The notes under the pieces were generated by a model. It searched no databases. It saw only the letters and a program-made list of their open reading frames with translations, and was not told where the DNA came from. DNA of 64,000 bases from a bacterium (GTDB taxonomy: Bacteria > CAIWAD01): NCBI GenBank assembly GCA_030429345.1, contig JAUIFJ010000014.1, forward strand, positions 35,989 through 99,988, written 5' to 3'. A program made the translations under genes and the position numbers. This document shows, piece after piece, positions 9,235 through 17,824 of the stretch. The number at the start of each line of letters is the position of its first letter. Position 1 is the stretch's first letter.

Positions 9235-11379
9235 ATGAGATTTCCGATCCTTCTTCCCCTGTTGCTCGCGGCTCCGCTCCAGGCGGCCATGGAGCTGAAT
9301 CCCGGCCCCTGTGACACGGAGTTCGGCGACCTGCTGCAGCTTCCTTCCGGCCTGCTGATCGCGGGCAATCTGGGCGGATTGTTCCTCTCGGAGGACCAGG
9401 GGGCCAGTTGGCGCTACGCGGATCTCGGGCTTCATGATGATCCCAATGCGGCGATCCAGCCGCGCTTCGACGCGGCCGAGCGCAGCGACGGCAGCCTGGT
9501 GCTGGTGATGGAATACGCTTACCTGGCCAACGCCGACCGGACCGTCTTCACCCGCCTGCCGAACAGCTGGCCCTGGGCGCTCGAATCCATCGAGGCCTCC
9601 GGGGACACGCTGGTCGCGGCCAGCTCAGACCAGATCTTCCGCAGCATCGACTCGGGCGCCAGCTGGGAGATGGTCTGGGACGAGAGCATCCTGTGGGATC
9701 ACATTCACAGCCTGCATCTGCATCCGACGGACGGCACCTTCGTGGCGCACCTGGAACGCTCGGGCGGCACCTGGCTGATCGTCTCCGAGGACGGAGGGGC
9801 GACCTGGGAGGTCCGGCAGATCCAGGGAGTCAGCGGGACGATCTTCGGCATCGGCTTTGCCGACGATGGTCGCCTGTGGTTCGGCAACGACTGGCAGAAC
9901 GAGGCACACCTTCGTGTGACAGATGACCTGGGCGCGAGCAACCAGATCCTCCACAGCGCGCCGATTCTAGGAGGGCTGGCGGTCGGACCTGCGGGGCGCC
10001 TGGCTATGACGACGAACTCGCAGATACTCCTCTCCACCGACGAAGGCGAGTCCTTCGAGCTGCTCGATACACCCTTCTCCTTTGCCACGCCCCTCTGCTT
10101 TACTCAGGAAGGAACCCTGCTGGCCGGGACCGACGAGGCCATGTACTACAGCACGGACGACGGAGCCGGCTGGTCGGGAGTCGGCGAGGGCTTCTGGTCC
10201 CTCTACATGCTGGACGCGGACGTGGGGCCGGACGGGGTCTCGTGGATCCTCGGCAGCCGTGCGCTCTGGCAGGACAACGGCGAGGGCTCCTGGGAGTCCG
10301 TAACCCTGCCCGGCGACGAGGACAGCTACTTCCAGCGACTGCGCATCACGGAATCGGGCCGCCTGCTGCTCTTCGGCCGGCAGAGCCAGGGACCGGCGCT
10401 GTGCTACACCAGCATGAATGGCGGCGGCAGCTGGGAAAGCGCCTTGGGCCTGGGTGAAACAACGAGCTGGGGTGATTTCACCTCCATCAGCGAGAGCGGC
10501 GACTGGATCTGGGCCGGACATGAGACCCTGGGCGTGTTCCGCTCCGGGGATGACGGACAGAGCTGGGAATCGGTCAACGCCACGGCAAACGGCCGCCTGG
10601 CCCTGGGCGGGGCGACGCTTTTCCTCAGCGGGCCGGAAGGGGCGAAGTTCTCCGTGGACGAAGGCGCCAGCTGGAGCGCCTTGCCGGGCATCAGCACCGG
10701 CGGGTTCGGCGCGGCCAATCCGCAGAGCGGCGCTTTCGTGATTCCCTACTGGGCCGACCTGATGCGAACCCCGGACAACGGCGAGACCTGGACCGACATC
10801 CGCTCCAATGCGGAAGCCGGCCTGGTGGATGCGACACTGGCCGAGTTCGGTCCGATGCTGTATACGCCGGAAGGCGAACTCCTGCTCAGCGTCCAGGCGA
10901 CGAACAACCTGAGCTATCGCCGGGAAACACGGCTGCTGAGTTCGCTGGATGACGGAGACAACTTCACGGATGTCACGGAGGAAAGCTGGCTGCGACGCGC
11001 CGTGATCGGGCACCTGAAGGCTAGCGCGGAAGGCATGGCGATCGCCTGCACCAACATGGGCCTGTTCGGCAACGGCTACGAGCCCTTCGTGGAGCTGGCG
11101 GAGCACACGCTGCCGCAGGGCCTGCTGCTGGAAGCCAGTTTCCCGAACCCCTTCAATCCGGCAACGGTGATCCCCTTCCACCTGCCCACGGCGATGGATG
11201 CGAGGCTGGATGTCTACAATCTGCGGGGAGCGCGCGTGGCGCGCCTGGCCGACGGCTTCCTGCTGGCGGGCAGGCACCAGGTGGACTTCCACGCCGCGGG
11301 GCTGGCCAGCGGGGTCTACGTATACCGTCTGGAAGCCGGGGGCCACAGCCTGCAGCGCAGCCTGTTGCTGCTCAAGTAG
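9235..11379 (+). CDS. BNR/Asp-box repeat protein (sialidase-like or Ycf48-like beta-propeller) with a T9SS C-terminal sorting domain
   Basis: It starts at an internal ATG with a GAGGAG Shine-Dalgarno, followed by a signal peptide (MRFPILLPLLLAAPLQAA). At least eight SxDxGxxW Asp-boxes are present (SIDSGASWE, SEDGGATWE, STDEGESFE, STDDGAGWS, SMNGGGSWES, SGDDGQSWES, SVDEGASWS, TPDNGETWT). The C-terminus, FPNPFNPATVIPFHL...GVYVYRLEAGGHSLQRSLLLLK, is a canonical T9SS CTD. Confidence 0.8.
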   Translation: MRFPILLPLLLAAPLQAAMELNPGPCDTEFGDLLQLPSGLLIAGNLGGLFLSEDQGASWRYADLGLHDDPNAAIQPRFDAAERSDGSLVLVMEYAYLANADRTVFTRLPNSWPWALESIEASGDTLVAASSDQIFRSIDSGASWEMVWDESILWDHIHSLHLHPTDGTFVAHLERSGGTWLIVSEDGGATWEVRQIQGVSGTIFGIGFADDGRLWFGNDWQNEAHLRVTDDLGASNQILHSAPILGGLAVGPAGRLAMTTNSQILLSTDEGESFELLDTPFSFATPLCFTQEGTLLAGTDEAMYYSTDDGAGWSGVGEGFWSLYMLDADVGPDGVSWILGSRALWQDNGEGSWESVTLPGDEDSYFQRLRITESGRLLLFGRQSQGPALCYTSMNGGGSWESALGLGETTSWGDFTSISESGDWIWAGHETLGVFRSGDDGQSWESVNATANGRLALGGATLFLSGPEGAKFSVDEGASWSALPGISTGGFGAANPQSGAFVIPYWADLMRTPDNGETWTDIRSNAEAGLVDATLAEFGPMLYTPEGELLLSVQATNNLSYRRETRLLSSLDDGDNFTDVTEESWLRRAVIGHLKASAEGMAIACTNMGLFGNGYEPFVELAEHTLPQGLLLEASFPNPFNPATVIPFHLPTAMDARLDVYNLRGARVARLADGFLLAGRHQVDFHAAGLASGVYVYRLEAGGHSLQRSLLLLK

Positions 11380-12211
11380 CCAGGCGGGCGCGCAGGGCCT
11401 CCAGCTCGATCTCGGGAAAGCGCGGCGCGACCAGCTCCAGGCTTTCGCGGACCAGCGCTTTCAGTTCGGGCAGGGCCTGTTCCCGTGGAGACCGGAAGAG
11501 GCCGTTCAGCCTGTTCGCCAGGTCCCGGGGCGTGTGTTCCATGAGCCCGATGTGGCGGGTGGTCCGCTTGAACTGGAAGCGGCACCAGTAGAGCCGGTTG
11601 AGCCCGGAAAGAATGGCTACGATCTTGTAGGCCGCCTCCGCGAGTTCCTGGTTGTACCACAACTCGGCGTCCCGCGTGCGGAAGTGCTCTTCCAGCCGCC
11701 AGAGGGGGAAGAAGCCCAGGTTGCCGCGGATCATCTTCAGCGACAGGTCGCGCGGATAGGCGGCAATGCGCTCCTGCCAGGCCTTCATCTGCTTCTCGCC
11801 GTGCAGGGCGATGCAGTTCAGGGTGCCTTCCATCGCCTTCTGGGCCGGGCTTTCGATGTCGTGTTCCAGCAGTACGGCGTCGATCGTCTGTTCCCAGGCG
11901 GCACAAGCCGTGTGACCGATCTGGATCTCGCGTCCGCCCAGGTCCCAGGCCTGGGCGAAACTGCCCTGCGAGCGTTCTCCCAGGGTCCACTTGATCTCCC
12001 CGCCGCCCAGCTCCGAACGCAGCCCGTCCAGCAGTTCGTCGGAGGGGAGCTCCCCCTCGTAGTAGGCCGTCATGTCCACGTCGGACTGATCATCCGTGAT
12101 GCCCTTCGCCGTGGACCCCGTGACCATCACGCAGCTGCAGCCGGGCAGAGCCGCCAGTTTTCCGCCTGCTTTCCGCGCCAGTTCCATGCAGTCCTGCTTG
12201 TTGTCGCTCAT
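11372..12211 (-). CDS. Nucleotidyltransferase (Pol-beta superfamily; kanamycin/aminoglycoside nucleotidyltransferase-like two-domain fold)
   Basis: 279 aa. The GS-x(9-13)-D-x-D NTase motif is VMVTGSTAKGITDDQSDVDM, and a helical C-terminal domain follows. Its start overlaps the upstream ArsR-like gene stop (ATGA). Its 3' end overlaps the convergent BNR gene by 8 bp. Confidence 0.65.
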   Translation of the reverse strand: MSDNKQDCMELARKAGGKLAALPGCSCVMVTGSTAKGITDDQSDVDMTAYYEGELPSDELLDGLRSELGGGEIKWTLGERSQGSFAQAWDLGGREIQIGHTACAAWEQTIDAVLLEHDIESPAQKAMEGTLNCIALHGEKQMKAWQERIAAYPRDLSLKMIRGNLGFFPLWRLEEHFRTRDAELWYNQELAEAAYKIVAILSGLNRLYWCRFQFKRTTRHIGLMEHTPRDLANRLNGLFRSPREQALPELKALVRESLELVAPRFPEIELEALRARLAT

Positions 12212-12777
12212 TCCGCCTCCCGCGTCTGGTTGAGGATCAGGGTGAAATCACAGCTCAGGGAGTCTTCGTCTTCGCGCCGGTAGTCCTCCCGGTTCAATCG
12301 CGTGATCAGCTCCAGCAGTTCCGTGCGCAGCCGGTGCAAGGCGACTTCCGTGAGACGCAGGCGCTTGCGTGTGAATACCGGACGTTCCGCCTCCCCCGAC
12401 GCGCTGTCCTGCAGGCTGCGCAGCAGGCTTTCCCGGCTGTCCTCGATCATGCCTGAGAAAAGGGCCGCCGTGTCCTCGTCGGGAAGCGCATCTCCGGCCA
12501 GGGGATTGGCCAGGCGGAAGCGACGAGCGCTGACCTGGTAGAGTTTCTCCACCAGGTGGCCCTCCCTGCGCTCCTCCACGACTCGAATCAACTGCTGATC
12601 CAGCAGGCGCTTCACATGGTAGTGCAGCTTGGGGGCCGGGAGTCCCAGTGTGCCCGCCACCTCCTTTACGCTGGCTGGCGTCTGAAGCAATTGCAGAATT
12701 TTCAATCGCATAGGCTCCGAGAAGACGCGCAGCGCCTCTGGATCCCGGATCCACAGTTCATCTGCTGGACCTGGCAT
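12208..12777 (-). CDS. ArsR/SmtB-family winged-helix transcriptional regulator with a C-terminal extension
   Basis: 189 aa. The HTH region is MRLKILQLLQTPASVKEVAGTLGLPAPKLHYHVKRLLDQQLIRVVEERREG. It is translationally coupled to the downstream nucleotidyltransferase gene. Confidence 0.65.
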   Translation of the reverse strand: MPGPADELWIRDPEALRVFSEPMRLKILQLLQTPASVKEVAGTLGLPAPKLHYHVKRLLDQQLIRVVEERREGHLVEKLYQVSARRFRLANPLAGDALPDEDTAALFSGMIEDSRESLLRSLQDSASGEAERPVFTRKRLRLTEVALHRLRTELLELITRLNREDYRREDEDSLSCDFTLILNQTREAE

Positions 12778-12930
12778 GGTGCACTCCCTTTATTCAAAAA
12801 ATCTTAAATGACTAAATATGATTTGAGGATTAAGGAGTCAAGCTCGAAGCCGCAAGAGTGTTCATCCTCTATCTGCGCATTCGACAAGCCTTGCTAGCTT
12901 GCGGCGGGTTCCGATGAACCAAAGGGACAA

Positions 12931-14163
12931 ATGATGCTGCATCGCCTATTCCCCTGGCTGGTCCTGCTGGCCCTGTCTTCCGGCTGTGATCTGGAATCGC
13001 TGGATCCAGGCGGCGGGGATCCGCCGGAAACTCCCGACCCTCCAAGCTTCGTCAGCGGCTACTGGAACCATGAATGCGACAGCAACGGGCAGGCGACCCA
13101 TGCCCAGGAGAGCTATCGCCTGCAGTTCAGTGTGACACGCCCCGACGGCTCCGCGGCGCGCAACGCCAGGGTGCTGCTGTATACGGGCAGCGGATCCGCC
13201 CTCTGCTGGGCGCAGGAGACCGGCTACGCCCCGGCCTTCCACTGGCTGCAGGAACAGGACCTGCAGCCCCTGGAGTCGCGAATGGAGCACAAAGGGGATC
13301 GGCGCGTCGCGGAGGATACGCCGGTCGACCTGCAGCTGGGCGAAGCCGCCGACGCCCTGTTGCCGCGGGAAGGCGGTGTGATCCGCAGCATTGCCGGCGA
13401 CGATCCGCTGCTGCACAGCGATTGCCGACAGGCGGCTCCGGGCGAGCTTTTCGAAGAGCTGCAGCAGCAGTCCCTGGACTGGTTCCTGCTGCGAGCCGAA
13501 GGGCGGGGATTGAGCAGCGGCAGCCATCCGAAGGAGGCCTTCGTGCGCGCCGGCGCTGCCGGGGAGGCGGACTTCCTGGCCTTCTGCACCAGCCACTTCG
13601 GCTACACGGACGACGACACGCTTTCCTATTGTTTCGAGGAGCTGCCCGCCGGGACCCAGCCCGCCCTGCTGCCGCGCGTTCGTATACGCGATTTCCGCGA
13701 GGGGCCGGGCATTTTCGACTGGCGCTTCGTGCTCAGCTGGGAGCAGAGTCCCTTGGACCTGGACCTGCATCTGTGGACCCCGCCCATCGACGGTCAGGCG
13801 CATCATGTGTATTACGGAAATCGGGGCAGCCTGGACCGGACGCCCTGGTGCCAGCTCGGCGAGGACGCCACGGATGCCGGCGGCGCCGAAGTGCTGACGA
13901 TTGCCGATGCCCGGCCCGGCGAGTACCGGCTGATGGTCACCGACTATTCGGGCGCCGGCGGGCTGTCCGCCAGCGGCGCCCTCCTGGAGGTATACCGCCA
14001 TGGCGCGCTGCAGCAGGATCTGGCCGTCCCGCCCGGGGAGAGCGGCTCCAACCGCTGGTGGTTCGTCGGCACGATCACGGACTCCGTCTTCACCGAGATC
14101 GGCGAATTCCGCGACCAGGGAGGAGCTCCGCCAGTGGATGCCCTTCCGGCAAAGCAGCGCTAG
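12931..14163 (+). CDS. Hypothetical secreted lipoprotein
   Basis: 410 aa with a lipoprotein signal (MMLHRLFPWLVLLALSSGCDLE). It has no confident family assignment, and coding periodicity is clear. The antisense ORF at 12946..14205 was rejected. Confidence 0.55.
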   Translation: MMLHRLFPWLVLLALSSGCDLESLDPGGGDPPETPDPPSFVSGYWNHECDSNGQATHAQESYRLQFSVTRPDGSAARNARVLLYTGSGSALCWAQETGYAPAFHWLQEQDLQPLESRMEHKGDRRVAEDTPVDLQLGEAADALLPREGGVIRSIAGDDPLLHSDCRQAAPGELFEELQQQSLDWFLLRAEGRGLSSGSHPKEAFVRAGAAGEADFLAFCTSHFGYTDDDTLSYCFEELPAGTQPALLPRVRIRDFREGPGIFDWRFVLSWEQSPLDLDLHLWTPPIDGQAHHVYYGNRGSLDRTPWCQLGEDATDAGGAEVLTIADARPGEYRLMVTDYSGAGGLSASGALLEVYRHGALQQDLAVPPGESGSNRWWFVGTITDSVFTEIGEFRDQGGAPPVDALPAKQR

Positions 14164-14211
14164 GAGGGCTTTTCGACTGCCGCAGCCGCTTGTTTTTCCT
14201 ATCATTGCAGC

Positions 14212-17200
14212 ATGAGCCTGCGGTGCTCCATTTTACGGCCGCTTTGCCCGGTCCTCTTCTTCTGGCTGTTTGTCGGCGTCCTTCGGGCGGATCCGGCCCG
14301 CCAGCTCTTTCCCCCTGCCTGGCTGGACGCGGACCCCCCCCGTCCCTCATCCACCCGTGATACCCAGATCCTCGCGCGCTGGGGAGAGGGGCGCTGTGAT
14401 CTGCTGGCCAGCGACAGTCTCTACGCCTGCCTGCGCAATGGCAGCCTGCTCCAGATCCACGACATCCGCTTTGCCCTGCCGGATCCCTCGAACCTGCTCT
14501 GGCAGGGGGCCTTTCCGGTGGAGGAGGCGAGCCAGATCCTGCTGCTGGATCACCGCTTGTGGATCGCCGCGGGCCCCGAAGGGCTGGTTCACCTGGATCC
14601 GGCGGATCCGCAGGATGTGGAACACATCGATCTCGAGGCCTGGCGGCTTTTCGTCTGCCAGCAGCTGCTGGGCGTGCTCGATCCTGCCGGCCTGACCCTG
14701 CTCGACCCGAGTGACACGACGGATCCGGAATTCGTCGGCGAACTGGACCTCTTCCAGAGCCACTATGATGCTGCCTGCGATGGCCGCTGGCTCTACCTGG
14801 CGGCGGGTTCCTTCGATCTACGGATCATCGATCTGGTAAACCCCGCAACACCCTTCGTCGTGCGCAGCCAGGCATTTCCGGGCGGCCTGTATACGCTCGG
14901 GCTGGGCGACAGCCTGCTCTTCGCCAGCAGTTCCAGCCAGGTCACCGGCATCCTGGGGCTGGACCGTTCGCGGCCGGATTCCCTGAGCCTGCTGGGCAAC
15001 ACGAGCTTCGGCATCGCCCAGGACCTGGTTGTTCTCGAACAGTCGCTGCTGGCGGCCGGTGGGAGCGACGGCCTGAGTCACATTCCGCTGGATGCCGCGG
15101 GAGCACCCCTGGCCGCGGAAGACCTTGCCGTCGACGAGGGAGCCTGGCGCATCACGGGGATTCCGGGCAACCGCCTGCTGGGCGGCATGGATCACGGCCT
15201 GCGGAGCTGGCAGGCCCTGGCGCCGCCCTTCGCGCCTCAGCATCTGCAGACCCTGCAGACCGGAGGCAGGCCGCTGGCGGCCGGGGATTTGGGCGAATAC
15301 AGCTGGCTGCTGGACGAAGTCTACGGCCTGCGCCTCCTGCAGCAACAGGGGACGGACCTGCGCAGCCTTTCCGTCTACGGACAAGGGGGGGACTGGCTGG
15401 GTGCCCGCATGCGCCTGGGCGAAGTGGTGCTCTATGGGGAAGAAGGCCTGGTCCGCCTGCGGGAAACGGCAGGTGCCTGGGAGGAGTTCGCCGTCTACGA
15501 GAGCGACTCTCCCGTGGGAAACCTGGCCGTGCTGGGCGCGGATCTCGTCCTCGAGAATACGGAGGGCACCCTGTTCCTGCTGCGTCCCGAGGCCGACGGC
15601 GGCTTCGCCCTCTTGCAGTCCCTTCCTCGAGAGGACACGGCCGAAGCATTGCTGGGCGGGGAGACCAGCCTCTGGCGCGTCGCTGCAGGCGAATTGCAGG
15701 TCTTCGCCCTTGAATCGGAGACCCTGGCGCTTTCACAGGCGCTTCCGCTCCCCGACTACCAGGACCTGACTCGCAACGGCAACACGCTCTTCCTGCAGCA
15801 GGCCAACGGCGTCCAACAGGTATACCGTGTCACGGAGGGCGATCTTCTGCCGCACCTGGAGCAGCCGACCATCGCGCCGGCGGGTCCGGCCCTGGCGGAT
15901 GGCGCCTTCCTGCATGTCGCCGATGACCTGGGCGTGTATACGCTGCGCTGGCTCGAGGGCCTGCCGGGCCCCCTGTCGCCGCTATCCGGCAGCGCGGGCT
16001 TCCTGCCCCTGGCGAGCACCGGCAGGCATCTCTACCTGGCCAGCCCTGCCCGCGGCCTGCTGCTGGCCGAGAACCTGGAGGCCAACCGGGCTCCCGTGAT
16101 CCAGGCGCCGGCGACGCTTGTCCTGGCGGAGGACAGCCTGTCGATGTGGAACACGGCGGGCTGGGCCTCGGACCCGGAGGGCCATGCCTGGAGCCTGGAG
16201 GTCCTTCCGCATGCGTGGATCACGGCAGAGACCTCTGCAGGCCAGCTGCTGCTGCAGGCACACGAGGACCGCTGGGGAAGCGGCGAGCTGTGGCTTGCCG
16301 TGAACGACTGGGAGCCGGACGGGCGCCGGCTGCAGGCCCTGGTCGTCCAGGTGCAGCCGAGAGCGGACGCCCCCCGCCCCGTAGAGCCCCTGCCGGAGAT
16401 TTCGCTGCTGGAGGATGCCGACCCCCTGTCCCTGGCGCTGGATTCCCTGTTCACGGATGTGGATGGCGAGCCTTTGGTGTACGAGGCTCTCATTCCGGCC
16501 GCGCTGGATCTGGAGATCTCCGATGGCACGGGACTGCTGTCAGTGGCGCCCGACAGCAACGGCGTCTACACGCTGGAGCTCATCGCGCGGGATCCTGGCG
16601 GCCTCGAGGCCCAGGCAGGAATCCAGGTCTTTGTCGAGGCGGTGCCCGATTGTCCTCGTCTGCTGGCCGGCAGCGCGGAGGGCAGCGAGGACCAGGAGCT
16701 GGTGCTGCCGGCCTTCGGGCAACGGCTGAGCGATGCGGATGGAGAGATTCCCTGGCTCTGCTCGCTGCGGGATACGAGTGGAATCGAACTGGCGTGGAAC
16801 CTGGCGGCGGACACGCTGCGCCTGCAGCCTCCGGCAGACGCCAACGGCGCCTTGCCGCTGCTGGCCTGCATCGACGATGGTCTGTGCCAGGTCACGGACA
16901 CCCTGTGGCTCGACCTGCAGGCGGTCAACGACTGTCCGCAGCCCTGCAGGCGCCAGCCGCGTTTGAGCACCGTCGAGGACACCCTGCTTCCGCGGGACAT
17001 GCTGCATGAGTTCGCCCGCAGCGCGGGCTGTGATGCAGATGGGGATTCCCTGCAGGTCCTGCAGCTGGAGCCCCTGGGCCCCGGTTTCGACTGGGTGCAG
17101 CTGGAGGGCGCCTGGTTCCTGCAGCCTCCGGACAACTTCAACGGCAGCACCCTGCTTTTCGCGCGGCTCTCCGACGACCAGTGCGAGCTGGAGCTGGAAC

Positions 17201-17817
17201 TGGGGCTGGACTACCGCCCGAGGGCGGACTCGCTACAGGTGGAGTACTTGGTTCCCTGCGGGCGGGTAGACGCATACGAGGCCATCGACAGCCTGGCTGT
17301 GCGGCTGTATCACCCGGACCGCGACGAGGCGCTGGTGCGTTGGGTGCGCAACGGCGCGATCCTCTGCGAGCAGCAGGTCGAGGGCCTGCGCCAGGGCTGG
17401 GTCCATGTGCCGCTATGCCTGATCGCGCCCTTCTCCGGGTCCGAGATGCTGCACGCGGAGATCCTGCAGGACGGCGTGATCCACAACGAGAACGGCCAGG
17501 ACTGCCAGTGGCTGCTGCCCCTGGTGGGGGTGGAGGAAGAGCCGGCTCTGCCTGGGCGACTGGTTCTTGCCGCCCCCTTTCCGAATCCCTTCAATCCGCG
17601 GCTGCAGCTGCGTTTCGGCCTGCCCCGGCCGGAGCTGGTGTGTCTGCAGGTCTACAATCTGCTGGGGGAGCGGGTCGCGGAGATCGAGAACGGCCTGCTG
17701 GAAGCGGGCTGGCACACGCGAAGCTGGCATGCTGCGGGCCTGGCCGGCGGACTGTACCTGGTTCGGCTGCAGGCCGGAGAGGAGCGGGAAGTCCGCCGCG
17801 TGCTTCTGCTGGAATAG
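14212..17817 (+). CDS. Large (1201 aa) secreted protein of unknown function with a T9SS C-terminal sorting domain
   Basis: Signal peptide MSLRCSILRPLCPVLFFWLFVGVLRA. The C-terminus, FPNPFNPRLQLRFGLPRPELVCLQVYNLLGERVAEIENGLLEAGWHTRSWHAAGLAGGLYLVRLQAGEEREVRRVLLLE, is a canonical T9SS CTD. The protein is acidic. Confidence 0.7.
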   Translation: MSLRCSILRPLCPVLFFWLFVGVLRADPARQLFPPAWLDADPPRPSSTRDTQILARWGEGRCDLLASDSLYACLRNGSLLQIHDIRFALPDPSNLLWQGAFPVEEASQILLLDHRLWIAAGPEGLVHLDPADPQDVEHIDLEAWRLFVCQQLLGVLDPAGLTLLDPSDTTDPEFVGELDLFQSHYDAACDGRWLYLAAGSFDLRIIDLVNPATPFVVRSQAFPGGLYTLGLGDSLLFASSSSQVTGILGLDRSRPDSLSLLGNTSFGIAQDLVVLEQSLLAAGGSDGLSHIPLDAAGAPLAAEDLAVDEGAWRITGIPGNRLLGGMDHGLRSWQALAPPFAPQHLQTLQTGGRPLAAGDLGEYSWLLDEVYGLRLLQQQGTDLRSLSVYGQGGDWLGARMRLGEVVLYGEEGLVRLRETAGAWEEFAVYESDSPVGNLAVLGADLVLENTEGTLFLLRPEADGGFALLQSLPREDTAEALLGGETSLWRVAAGELQVFALESETLALSQALPLPDYQDLTRNGNTLFLQQANGVQQVYRVTEGDLLPHLEQPTIAPAGPALADGAFLHVADDLGVYTLRWLEGLPGPLSPLSGSAGFLPLASTGRHLYLASPARGLLLAENLEANRAPVIQAPATLVLAEDSLSMWNTAGWASDPEGHAWSLEVLPHAWITAETSAGQLLLQAHEDRWGSGELWLAVNDWEPDGRRLQALVVQVQPRADAPRPVEPLPEISLLEDADPLSLALDSLFTDVDGEPLVYEALIPAALDLEISDGTGLLSVAPDSNGVYTLELIARDPGGLEAQAGIQVFVEAVPDCPRLLAGSAEGSEDQELVLPAFGQRLSDADGEIPWLCSLRDTSGIELAWNLAADTLRLQPPADANGALPLLACIDDGLCQVTDTLWLDLQAVNDCPQPCRRQPRLSTVEDTLLPRDMLHEFARSAGCDADGDSLQVLQLEPLGPGFDWVQLEGAWFLQPPDNFNGSTLLFARLSDDQCELELELGLDYRPRADSLQVEYLVPCGRVDAYEAIDSLAVRLYHPDRDEALVRWVRNGAILCEQQVEGLRQGWVHVPLCLIAPFSGSEMLHAEILQDGVIHNENGQDCQWLLPLVGVEEEPALPGRLVLAAPFPNPFNPRLQLRFGLPRPELVCLQVYNLLGERVAEIENGLLEAGWHTRSWHAAGLAGGLYLVRLQAGEEREVRRVLLLE

Positions 17818-17824
17818 GACGGTT

